NCBI GenBank assembly: GCA_002269645.1
Contig: NIVC01004501.1
Span: forward strand, 1-43,982
Length of the DNA stretch: 43,982 nt
From: Macrostomum lignano
Taxonomy: Eukaryota
Reading direction: 5' to 3'
Made by a program: the position numbers and the translations under genes
Shown here: positions 24,479 to 35,712 of the stretch, in pieces
How positions within the stretch are numbered: the first letter of the stretch is position 1
Layout of the letters: the number at the start of each line of letters is the position of its first letter
The notes under the pieces: generated by a model
The model's database searches: none
What the model was told of the DNA's origin: nothing
The model's input: the letters and a program-made list of their open reading frames with translations, nothing else

Positions 24479-25211
24479 ATGTCGCTGGGAGTCTTGCTAT
24501 GTCTGCTGGTCCTGCTACTCGCTGCTCTGCCGCCACTGAGCAACTCCTCCGGCTCCTTCAGCCTTATCGAAGGCTACCTGTGCATCAGGAACGACTTCAT
24601 TGAAACTCCAGGTGGCTCTATGGGACGAAATATTTCTGTGCCTCGATGTGCAGCCGCAACCCGCGCTGTCAGGCGTTCAGCCTGGCTGACGGTCCGTGCC
24701 AGCTGTTCGTGTTCGACAAGTGCAGCAAGTCGGTGAGGGACTGCGGCTGCTCCAGGAGAGGCCGGGTGTTTGTGAAGCAGCAGCCGGGACTCGAGGCGGG
24801 CGCGCTGTGTCCGTCTGGCTACCGAGACGACCTGTGCGGAGGGAAGTACAAGCTGCACTTTAACGCCGATTTCTGGTGGCCGAGCAGACGCCTGTGCGAG
24901 TCGGAGAGCGGTCTGGTGATCATGGCTGACGTGATGGACGCCAGCGAGATGAGCCACGTGGAGACGATCTACAGCAAGTACAGCGCCGGCTCGGAGGCTA
25001 CAAAACTCCTGGAAGTCCCGAGCCGAGAGGCGGCTGGCACTAGGCCAGCTGCAACATCACCCTTGACGACAGCTTGTGGAACCCAGGTGAGCCTCATGGT
25101 AGTGGTGAAAACGTCATTGGCCGCTACAAGCTAAAGGATCATCTCTCCGATTTCTGGGATTCGGTGGACAAGTACAGAGCGCTGTGCGAGTGCGTGTCGC
25201 CATTTGTCTGA
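24479..25211 (+). pseudogene. Secreted PAN/apple + C-type lectin-like protein, single exon, disrupted
   Basis: Signal peptide MSLGVLLCLLVLLLAALPPLS. PAN-like C..C...CQAFS...CQL. CTLD-like CPSGY...F..SRRLCES, (W)LGGY, W-x-W, LWNPGEP, YRALCEC. Frameshifts at ~24648 and ~24988, plus an in-frame TAG at 25041-25043 where Trp is expected. Final TGA at 25209-25211 and AATAAA at 25425. The lesions could be assembly errors. Confidence 0.7.
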
Positions 25212-26215
25212 GCTGTGGAGAGGCCAGTGAATCCGATCGTGCAATGTTGATTAAGTTTTTTTAAACACAAACGCAGTCTTTTAACGCAATTAAACTGATA
25301 ATGACGTCTGCCGAAAGTCGGTGTAATGTAAAAGTACATATCTGTCATCGACGTCGGTGCATGACACACCCTGTTCGCTCTGTTTTAGAGTTTTCGGAGT
25401 TGAATAATGAATAGCTCGTATTGCAATAAAACATAAATATAACGACTTTCAAGCTATTATTTGCGTTCTTCTGAATTCTATTTTGTTCGGGATTCAATAA
25501 AATCCCATAAAATCTTTATAACAATATGTTTTATCTTATGCTTACGTACATGTATGGTCTGATAAGCAGCCTACATGAAAACTAAAATGATTTTTTCAAC
25601 ATCATGCCGAAAATATCTAAGTGTCGAAAAAAGTTAGCAAAAGATGAATTGACGAGAATATTTGAATCGCTCAAAACCTGGAAACTATCGGTAAGCCTCA
25701 TCCTTTTCGCCGTCCAGCCTCACGCTTCTGCGAAGAATTGACTATTGTTAATGAATGTAGTTGCTGACCTTGATCAACTGGTAAAAGCTTTGTAGAGTCT
25801 TGTCCCACCCATAGGCTGCAAAAAATGTTTACAATGCGGTTATGGCTTTTTAGTGGAGGCCACTCGGCAGGTTGAAGTTTTAAAAAGCATCCGAAGACGT
25901 CAATGGTTGATCCCGTAGCAGCACTGATTCCTAAATATAGTGGTTTGGCTTGCAATAAAGCGAAGCAAATAATGAAAATCAAGGGCTGAGAAAGTCGCAG
26001 GTCGCGTGAGCTTGGCGCCTATCTACAGACAGTATCGCATAATAAAAACCAAGATTGTGGCGGCGCCTTTCACAAGCCAAGTCGCGGACATGTATCCACA
26101 ATACGGAAGCGTGTGCCGCGAGAACATCTCGGATTTACAGTGTATATCGTTAATCAAGCGACAACGGGCGGTGTAGTACCATCTAGCCATTCTTCCTTCA
26201 CGGAATTGGAGAATT

Positions 26216-26217
<2 letters not shown>

Positions 26218-26268
<51 letters not shown>
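26218..26268. repeat. (GA)n microsatellite
   Basis: Direct inspection. Confidence 0.95.
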
Positions 26269-26272
<4 letters not shown>

Positions 26273-26517
26273 TGCAGCTGACGCACGAGAAAGTTGTAGG
26301 TGTTGGATCAATATAGTATACTCCTAGCCCAGTCATATAGAGCAGCTCATGTTAGCTAAGAGATCAAAAAGTATATTATCTATCGCATTGGCAGCTGACT
26401 CCCAAGTGTATTTCTAAAAACCAACGCAAAATACTTTTGACAACGCCCTCGTAAATTGGACAGTCTATTTAAAAGCGCTTTAAACCAACAGAACTTTGAA
26501 CCACAGCAGCTCGCGTC

Positions 26518-29500
26518 ATGGAGTCAACTGAGCTGTACCGGCTAATCTGCGATCCAAGTCGGACGAGCTATGCCAGAGCTCTAACACTGCTGGACAAGCC
26601 GTCCGATGCAGACGTAACGGAGATCCTACGTCGTTGTAGTCGTCGGCAGAACACCTATTTGCACCTGCTGATGCTGCAGCTTCGTCGACTGTCGAATCGA
26701 TGCAACGGCGACATCGGTTTGGCGATCGCCCTCGCCTATCGGTTGGCACTGCGTGGCTGCGACGTCAACGGGCAGAACCTGGCTGGCAACACGGCGCTGC
26801 AATGGCCTGCTACCGGCCTGCTGGGGACCAGCTGGCTCAGCATCTCATCCGGATGGGTGCGCCCGATTTCTGAGAGGCTGTGGCTCATAATTTTGGGGGA
26901 AAGTGGTTGAATTGAGTGACGCTCATACAGGGTGTACAGCAGTTCTGACTCTTAATCGTCACGCGGAGTCTGAGGCGTTACTCGCTGAGATATTACATGT
27001 ACTCATCTGCACTGAGAACTCGGGGATCTTTTAGTTGGTCCTTGCAGATGCGAATTTGATGACAAGCCCCATTATCAGTGTCCGCACAAAAACTTTTACA
27101 AATTACTTCGTGAAGAACAACACGGAAACAATAATTGGCTAACTTCGTTTTCAAACACAAAGGCGCCGATCCTGGCATAAAAAACGAACGAAATTGGCGA
27201 GTGTTTCACGACAACCGGCAGCACAAGGTCTGGCTGATTCGCAGCAGCACTGCCGCAAATTGCTGCAGCATGTGGAGTGCAGGTGCGGATCTTTTGCCTG
27301 GTTTATGCTTGGTCAGCTGGTGCAGAAGGCGCTGCAAATTTTGCTGGTGGGCATGGTTTTCACCACTTTCGGAATTCCGAATTGCACTCGCGGTGCACAC
27401 ACGAGTTTGTTAAGAAACAGTTAGAAAAGAATACTGTTGAAGAGAGGCACCGCTTGACAGTACGCTGAATGAGGTCTCATCTTCGACAAATTTGGTCGAG
27501 AAAAAAGTGATTGGGAAGTCAGAAAACATCAAGCAATGAGTTTAAAAACTGCCAAAAATCGGTTTCCAGCAAAATTTGCAACGAATTAAGAGTACATAGC
27601 ATCCATGGGTTTATGGACTATTCTTTCACCTGCCTGTCATTCTACCATACTCGTATAATAAACCTGCTGTTTTCCAAGTTTGCGACGGAGTATGGCTGGC
27701 TGGTGAGTACAATATCAGGCTTGAATTAAGTTAGAAAATTTACATGCACCTTTGTAGGTACAGCTAATATTAGAATTCTGTAAGTAGTTTAGCAGTAGGT
27801 AGTATCGCAATGTGTATCTATTTTTTGTGAGGTTAATTTAACTGAATCACTTTTATTTTATCAATTTTGACGCGTCACAATTTAACCTAGACGTGAAGGC
27901 TTTGAAATAGTTTTGTCACGTCACGGCGAAATCGAAACACAACCCATTGGGATGCCAATGTTTAGATCCAACTTATTTATAAAATTATTCAAAGTGATCG
28001 TTCTCTAGTGCTTTAGGTTGTGGCCACCCTGATGCAAAGCCTTCGGCGATATCGTCCAATAACAATTCCAACGCTGACAGGACGGCAATCCTACCAATCC
28101 CGCTGATTCCTGAGCACACTCAGGCACAGCACTCGTACATTGGCCCTGACTTTCGAATCGTCAGGCATGTACAATCTGTGTCTCTCTGCCTTGGGGGTTG
28201 GCCCTAGTGGCTGTGAATCCCACGACGACAAATTTCATGCACAAGCACCAAATGAATGTGGCTGTGCAGGGAATCGAACCCTCGGGGTCTTGCCCTTAAT
28301 GGTTAGAGTCAATACTCAAAGGTTAGGCTCAAAGTAGCTAGTTTACAAACGCTCTACCTTGTACTCAAACTTAGTTGCCAGGGAGGACACGGCTCTGGTT
28401 GCGAAATACCTGAACTCATGGATTCGAGTCGACTCTCGTAGACGACGCAAAACTCTGCTGCAGTTGAGCAACGAGACTGGCAATTATGGCATCATCCGGC
28501 TGATGGAGAGGCACTCGAACACTAACGAGCTGGTGTGCAGGGCTCTGGCCTGCGACTGCGACGGAGTTCGCCAACTGCTGGCTCTCAAATCCGGTATGAA
28601 CCTTTCACAAGTGCTACTTACATATAATTCTAATAGCCGTCATTTGACCCTTCTCGTTGTGAAATCGAACCAGCAATCATCCGTGATGCACAATGCACAT
28701 TGATTGTTGTATAATAGGGGCTGTTTCGAGTCCTTTAAGCGGCCACATTCATTTAATGCTTTTGCTTTGCTTATCTACGTGGCGCAGAGAGTGTACATGC
28801 CTGACGATTAGAAAGTCAAAAGGCCCCTGTACACCCTGTGCGAGCGTGTGTACGAGTGTGTGCTGTAGTAGCGCTGTAGACTAGTCTTCGCTTTATTCAG
28901 CTTTTTTACTCCGCAAAAATATTGTCCCCAGACAGGCCAAATGTTTCCACGTGCGACAGCTCACAGAAGATCCCAAAGCCACTGCTGGCTGAGATGCGAC
29001 TGCTCTCCCAGGTGCCAGGTGCTCAGGAACTCTGCGGACTGCTGCGCTCAGCTGGGGCACCCGATGAGTCACAATATTTTGGTGAGAAGGTTTTAGACTT
29101 TAGGTTGTTACCCAGTGATGCTCAGTGGTTACTAAGTCATGGCTTGTGGTTACTAAGTGCCTCTAATCATCCGTGCCATGATGTCCAACAGCCCAGCTGG
29201 AAACAAGTCGACGCTCGTTTCGCCTGTCCCAATTCTACCAGCTGGTTCAAACCGGGTCCACTGACAGCTTGGCTCAAGCGTGGAGCGAACTTGACGCCAA
29301 GCGGGTTGACGTGGATTGCATTGACGAAGAAACTGGAGATACTTACCTGCACTGTGTGGTGCGAAGGTGGGCTCTTTTTTGTTTTTACCTGGCCCTTGAA
29401 CTTGTCTCACCAACCACCTCACTCCACACCTCTTCACTCCGAACCCCCTCACTCCGCACCCCCTCACTCCACACCCCTCACTCTACACCCCTTCAAGGAC

Positions 29501-32500
29501 AAGTAGTCCTTGCACCCCTTCACTCCACATCCCCTCTCTCCACACCCCTCACTACACACCCCTCACTCTACACCCCCCTCCCTTCACACCCCTCACTCAC
29601 ACCTCCTCACTCCACATTCCCCACTCCACACCTCCACTCCGCGACCCCTCACTCTACACTCCCTACTCTACCGCAGGCACGCATCGGCAGGCCTCACAGA
29701 GCGCAGTCGGCGCAGCTTGGTCCGCCTCATGTACAAACTAGCTCTGGAAGGCATCGATCTACAAGCCAGAAACGTCGCCGGAGACACCGCCTTGCTGACT
29801 GCGGCCAACCCGACTTCGGCGATGCCGTCGGCCTCCTTGGCAACTCTTCCACCGGACCGTCAACTACTGGAACATCTTCTTCGCCTGGGCGTCGACGCGG
29901 GACTTCGCGGAGCCGGTGGTCGCGGTCTGGCCTCGTCTAGCTTCGGTCCCGACCTCCGACTGCAGCGAGGCGGCTGCCCGCGTTTTCGGGTGCCGGGACT
30001 GACAGCGGCGGTCCGCGACGCCGACGTCGGTCGAGTGCGTCGCTGGTTGGCGAGCCTTGGCCGTGTTGAAGCGGTCAGCAACGGCAGGAGCCTCCTTCAA
30101 CTGGCAAGGGAAGCTGGTGGCGAGGTGGCCCGTCTGGTGGAGGCGGCCAGGCAGACGACGGAGTTCGCTGCGGCGGTGATGGCCGGAGATTTGGTTGCCA
30201 TGCGGCGATGGCTGGCGATGGGCGGCGCAAATCGACTCGTCAACGCCTGGTTCCGGTAAGGGACTTTAATCTCTGAGGCAGAGCAGCTCAGCCTTTAGAG
30301 AGTCTGACTTTGCACCAGAGTACCCAAAGTATTAATTTGGGACTTGTGCAGGAATATTGGATTGGGGCTTGACTTTCTATGTCGCCCATGAGGCCCAACC
30401 TCCCAACCTACCTACAAGAGTTTGTTCATGCCTAACAATGAAAAGCCATGGCAAAGTCGCTGACAGCACAACAGGTCGTTTGGACGGGCATCTAGGGCTG
30501 CGATGGTGACTTGCTCGTTGCTGATTTTGAAGGCGTCGTGCAGCAAGACAGCCTCGAACAACTCCTGGAACAAGGCCGCCCTCTGGCGGCCTTGAACTGA
30601 AGAAGGCAACTCAGGCAAGCCCGCGACGATGCCGCAGATTTTCGTAGACGCTGGACAACAGACCACCCGGATTAACGAACTGCTGACATCGACAGGCGCA
30701 CACACTCGATGTTTTGTAGACGCCGACGCCCTGGACTCGGTCGGCTTGCCCTGTGGCGCTGTTTTCATAAGACCTGACAGCGTTTATTTTGTTTTTTTTG
30801 TAGACCCGTGCCTGCGTTCGAATGTCCGTGTGCGCGTACTCTGGGATCAGCAGAATAGTCTCTCCTGCTTCTTATCGCTAAGTCGGCTTCGGCACTCCTT
30901 CTGCAAGCTAGCAAACACTCCCAACAACCTTAAAATTATGGGTTTTTATCTAGCTACCTCTACCTCATAGCTTACCTACACCATCCCCATCCGCCTCATT
31001 CCTGCTCACCCACTCACCCGCCTTCAGCTTCCACTTCGTTGGCCTCAGTACAGACGGCCTGACCCCTGAGTTCGCCAACCGCCCTTTGCTCGCCGCAGCC
31101 GTAGAGTTCGCCCCAGCCAGCGTTGTCGACTGTCTGCTTCGCTTTGGAGCTCGTCTCGACGTCCAGTGCGAGGAGAGACACCCCTGCGGCCCGGCCGCTT
31201 TCTGGGCATTCAACGACGCGCCGTTTGGTGCGGCCGTAGGCGGGACGGCCGTCGCCGAAACCGTAGCCGCCTGGGCCGACGCTCGGCATCTCAGAGACGA
31301 GCTCGGGCGCACGCTTCTGCATGCAGCCATCGAGTGGCGCGAACTCAACGATGAGGAAACGTCGTCAACGCCTAACTCAGAAGATTTAGCATCGGGGGCT
31401 AAGTCGCCTGCGCCTCCAGCGACTCTATTACAATCGAAATCGTTTCATTCAATGCTGAACTCAGTTCGGCCTGAGTCTTCGCTTAGACGGTGCCTCAGAT
31501 CGACGTCATTTTACACGTCGTCTAAAGTGCAACCGTCCACCGAGTCCAAAGTGCAACCGTCCACCGAGTACAAAGTGCAACCGTCCACCGAGTACAAAGT
31601 GCAACCGTCCACCGAGTCCAAAGTGCAACCATCCACCGATTACAAAGTGCAACCGTCCACCGAGTCCAAAGTACAACCGTCCACCGAGTCCAAAGTGCAA
31701 CTGTCCACCGAGTCCAAAGTGTCGCTGTCAGAGGCCAGACATCGAGTTATTCGCCGTCTGTTAGCACGAGGGGCACCATTGGCCGCTCGCGACGCGTCAA
31801 GTCGAACAGCTCGAGACTTGGCTAGTGCCGTCGGTGACTTTGAAGTCTGCCGCCTGCTCGACAATCACGTGACCGAGTTGGCCCGTCGAGGCGACCTAGA
31901 CAGCGTCGAGCAACTGATTCTCGAAGCCTACGACGCAGGTTTCGACGGCGCCACGGCGTTAATCGCCGCTCGGCGCCACGATCGCGATCTGCTGCGCTTG
32001 CTAGGCGAGGCGCCGCGCTACCGGCGCCAAATCGCCGCGCTACACGCATCCATAGCCACCGGAGGCGCCGTCGCCGCTGCTGCTTTTGCTCGATTTGCCG
32101 GTGAGAAACGGCTGGCGCTCGGCTTGGACCGACGCGGCCGCAACCTCCTGCACGCCGCCGCGCTGTCCGGCGACGCCGCACTGGTCGGCTCCGTGGCCGA
32201 GCGGCTTCCTGCGCTGGCTGGACAGGGCGACTGTCTGGGTCGGACACCGGCGCACTATGCGGCTTGTCTGGCCGACTCGAAAGCGACGCTGTCGGCAATT
32301 TCTCGAGCGATCGGCGGTTTGGACATGTCGATTAAAGATGCCGTGAGGATTTGCGATTGACTTCTTTAGTAAACTGTCTATATATGCTCTCGACGAGTAG
32401 CAAGTGGCGTTATTAGTCAGGTTGAGTGAAAAAACTGATGGCTTTATTATGACTCTAATATTCAAATTGGGCGCCCATTTTTTCAATTGGACACCTATGT

Positions 32501-33173
32501 ATCTCTTATCTGGGCGCACCAGTGTTTAAGTTCGGCGCCACTGTGTCTGAATTGGGTACACCAGTGTGTCTGAATTGGGTATACCAGTGTGTCTGAATTG
32601 GGTATACCAGTGTGTCTGAATTGGGCGCCACCGTGTCTGAATTGGGCGCCACTGTGTCTGAATTGGGCGCCACTCTGTCTAAATTGGGCGCCACTGTGTC
32701 TGAATTGGGTATACCACTTGCACTGTCTGAATTGGCGTCGCCCTCGTAGAAATAGGCTGCTTATACTACTTTCTGTAAGTAGTAAAAGAGTTTCTTCCAG
32801 AAAAGAAACTGAATGCCAATACAAATTTTGCAGAACAATCTCAGCGTATTTGACTATCTAGAGCAGATGGATCGGCCAACACCGAAAAAACTGAAGTCGC
32901 CAAGCAGAAGAATACTTAATTATCAGGTAAGAGTGAATTCATTACGCTTGTATAAAGCTTTACTTTTCTCTAAACCTAATTATTAGCGTTTTAAATCTGC
33001 CTAAACCTGCTTAGGTTAGAGATCTAATAGACATCGAGCGGAGAGCTACAGTTTCAGTTGGCCCAGTTATCAACGAAATCGCTGCTGCGTCAACCGAAAA
33101 CGACTCCGAATCGACTGACAGCCAAAAGGCTGACACAGACTTGCCTATGATTCGCATCGATATCGTCGATTGA
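26518..33173 (+). CDS. Large ankyrin-repeat protein (~1049 aa, 9 exons) with internal duplication
   Basis: Exons 26518-26856 (one -1 indel at ~26800), 27163-27282, 28375-28593, 28932-29081, 29192-29366, 29677-30255, 31028-32342, 32834-32926, 33015-33173, with consistent phases. Ankyrin motifs: NLAGNTALQ, GDTYLH, GDTALLTAA, GRTLLHAA, GRNLLHAAA, GRTPAHYAA. Confidence 0.88.
28040..28330 (-). mobile_element. Probable tRNA-derived SINE copy retaining the B-box head
   Basis: The minus strand reads ...GGGTTCGATTCCC (B box; plus-strand gggaatcgaaccc at ~28270), then the family core GGGCCAACCCCCAAGGC...TGTACATGCCTGACGAT...GGGCC. Confidence 0.7.
28770..28880 (+). mobile_element. Same SINE family, partial copy in ankyrin intron 3
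   Basis: gtgtacatgcctgacgattagaaagtcaaaaggcccctgtacaccctgtgcgagcgtgtg. Confidence 0.7.
29410..29670. repeat. C-rich degenerate minisatellite (CACCCCTCACTCCA-like), ankyrin intron 5
   Basis: Direct inspection. Confidence 0.85.
31524..31715 (+). repeat. Exonic 24-nt coding minisatellite, 8 x KVQPST(E/D)(S/Y)
   Basis: AAAGTGCAACCGTCCACCGAGTCC x8, in frame in ankyrin exon 7. Confidence 0.95.
32515..32735. repeat. 21-nt minisatellite (GTGTCTGAATTGGGCGCCACT), ankyrin intron 7
   Basis: Direct inspection. Confidence 0.93.
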
Positions 33174-33199
33174 ACGGTGAATTACGATTTTTGTTTAGC

Positions 33200-33850
33200 A
33201 TACATCTCAACCCCAGCCCACTAGCTGATGCGGCTTTCCTTACCCCTCAACCCCACTCCACTATTTTATGCGGCTTTCCTTACCCTCAACCCCACTCCAC
33301 TATCTTATGCGGCTTTCCTTACCCCACCCCATTATCTGATACGGCTTTCCTTACCCCTCAACCCCACCCCATTATCTGATACGGCTTTCCTTACCCCTCA
33401 ACCCCACCCCATTATCTGATACGGCTTTCCTTACCCCTCAACCCCACCCCATTATCTGATACGGCTTTCCTTACCCCTCAACCCCACCCCACTATCTGAT
33501 GTGACTTTGCTTACCCCTCAACCCCGCCCCACTATCTGATGCGGCTTTCCTTACCCCTCAACCCACTCCACTATCTGATGCGGCTTTCCTTACCCCTCAA
33601 CCCCGCCCTACTATCTGATGTGACTTTCCTTACCCCTCAACCCCACCCCACTATCTGATGCGAATTTTCTTACCCCTACAACCCCGCCCCACTATCTGAT
33701 GCGGCTTTGCTTACCCCTCAACCCCACCCCACTATCTGATGCGAATTTTCTTACCCCTACAACCCCGCCCCACTATCTGATGCGGCTTTCCTTACCCCTC
33801 AACCCCGCCCCACTATCTGATGCGGCTTTCCTTATCCCTTAACCCCGCTC
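33200..33850. repeat. 40-nt minisatellite (GCGGCTTTCCTTACCCCTCAACCCCACCCCACTATCTGAT) just after the ankyrin stop
   Basis: Period 40 (acggctttcc at 33341, 33381 and 33421). Confidence 0.95.
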
Positions 33851-34085
33851 CCACTAATCTGATTGGACCTTTCTCACCCCTCCATTGCCAATGCTAGCAA
33901 AATTTTCAAGCTAACGTCCGTCAAAAAATCTGAAACTTTGATTTGAATCCCAAATAAATTTGAACATCCAAACACAGGTGTTAAAGTTATCATCATTTTA
34001 TTTGTCATTTTCTTTTATTACCATCAATGTACATGCTCAGTCAGAATGGTGTAACATTCGATTAGCGAGTGCTCGACCTCGTCAG

Positions 34086-34844
34086 TCAGTTGTCGTAGAC
34101 ATAGCCAATCGGTGGGCCGCCCTCAACCTCTTCGCACATGATCTCGTACTTCAGGCACAGTCGCAGCACCTGCAGTCTGTACTTTTGCTGCGACTCGTCG
34201 CTTAGGTACCGCCGAATGCGTCTCTCGCCCATGCCTAGTTCCGATGACGTCACAGCAGCTTTGCCGTCGCGAGCGTCGCTAGATTCATCGTCGACTAGTG
34301 TAGCGGCCATTGTTGTGGAGACAATGACAGCCAGCAGTAGGAGAGCTGAGGGTTGGAGTAGACCGACTGAATTGATGGATTTGACAAATAGTGGTGAGTT
34401 CGTGTAGGATTGAGCTCGTTTTTACTCAGCTATAGAATTTCTGTTTGCCTCAATTGAGCTGCAGTGAATCGTGAATGTCTGCTTGAAAGACGAGACACAG
34501 CAGGGCGTTGCGATTTTAAACAACAAGAAGGAGCTCTATTTTTGCCAAAATACAAGCTAGTCCTTGTGCAGTTCGTAATTACTGCCTGTATGCTAAGCAT
34601 CCACAACTTTATCACCCATCACCTCAGCACCCACCACCTCAGCACCCACCACCTAAGCACCCACCACCTAAGCACCCACCACCTAAGTAGCACCCAGTTA
34701 CTCAGCACCCACCACCTAAGCACCCACCATCTAAGTAGCACTCAGTTATTCAGCACCCACCACCTCAACATTCACCACCTCAGCACCCATTCTAAGATTA
34801 ATAAAAAACAAAATAAAGTTTTTCTCACCAAAGAATGACTCCAT
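34086..34844 (-). CDS. Small secreted prepropeptide, 98 aa (signal peptide - acidic pro-region - RRIRR - 40-aa two-Cys peptide)
   Basis: Exon 1 is 34844-34829 (aaaaacATGGAGTCATTCTTTG|gtgaga, phase 1). Exon 2 is 34366-34086 (aattcag|TCGGT). Together 297 nt, in frame: MESFFVGLLQPSALLLLAVIVSTTMAATLVDDESSDARDGKAAVTSSELGMGERRIRRYLSDESQQKYRLQVLRLCLKYEIMCEEVEGGPPIGYVYDN*. Two AATAAA signals downstream (34019-34014, 34002-33997). Confidence 0.8.
34612..34790. repeat. 15-nt minisatellite (CAGCACCCACCACCT) inside the prepropeptide intron
   Basis: Direct inspection. Confidence 0.9.
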
Positions 34845-35712
34845 GTTTTTGGAAGTTACGTTTTTAAGTTTTTGCTTCTGTATTTATTGTTGTTGCTGTT
34901 ATCTAATCAGCACAGATCGGGACACCAAAGATGATTAGACAAGGTACCGACAGTCCCTCCAAATGATTGCAGATGTAGTCATATTCCCAGTCACAGTCAG
35001 TCTCAGCCAGTCAGAGTCCGGCTATTCTCATTTGCTCCTTGTGCTCCGACTCGCTGAAGAGAGAGAATCGGCATTGATGCAGAGCAAACTGGTGAAAAAA
35101 TTCCTAAGAATATTAATAAGGCCCAACTTCATTAGTGCCTCTGAGAGTTCATTAGCCGGTAAAGGTGCTTATAGCTGCTGGGGCACCAGGGGCTAATGCT
35201 GACTTTATGACCTCCATTCGTGCAGGATAATTTCCTGAAGAAGATCTCCGTCTTCCTATTGCCGGATGCAATCTCCAGCCGTCAGATAATATCCGCAGTA
35301 GCCAGGCCATCCGGCAAGGGGCTAAGCCAGCTGCCTTATCTATTAATCTGGCTGTCCCCAAGCTGTGGAAGTAACGAACCGTTGACGACACGCATGTAAC
35401 CAATTCCTTGTGTACTCTTGATTGGAATGACCAGCGCTGACCCAGCTGAGCCCGTCTCGAATCCAGCTGCCCGAGCGATTCCTAATCCTGTAATCTCTGT
35501 TCTGAAATTGATCAAGCCGATATCGTCAGACATGTACGCTCGTACACTGATAAATATATATATATCGTTTCGATAGAGGCCTTAATCTTATTCATTTCCT
35601 GATGAATTTGGTGCAAAAATCGACTGTACAAAATGAAAACTAATGTTAATACAAAAACTATTAAGTTTGTTTAACTGGAGTCAAACAACACCGCATCTTT
35701 TTTCAAAACCGA

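Noticed and set aside
28258-28330. Functional tRNA gene
   Set aside because: Only the B box is clear, no cloverleaf can be folded, and it is contiguous with the SINE body.
35130-35533. Minus-strand frame of ~130 codons with two internal stops (MSDDIGLINF...)
   Set aside because: No recognisable motifs, and this length with two stops is plausible by chance.
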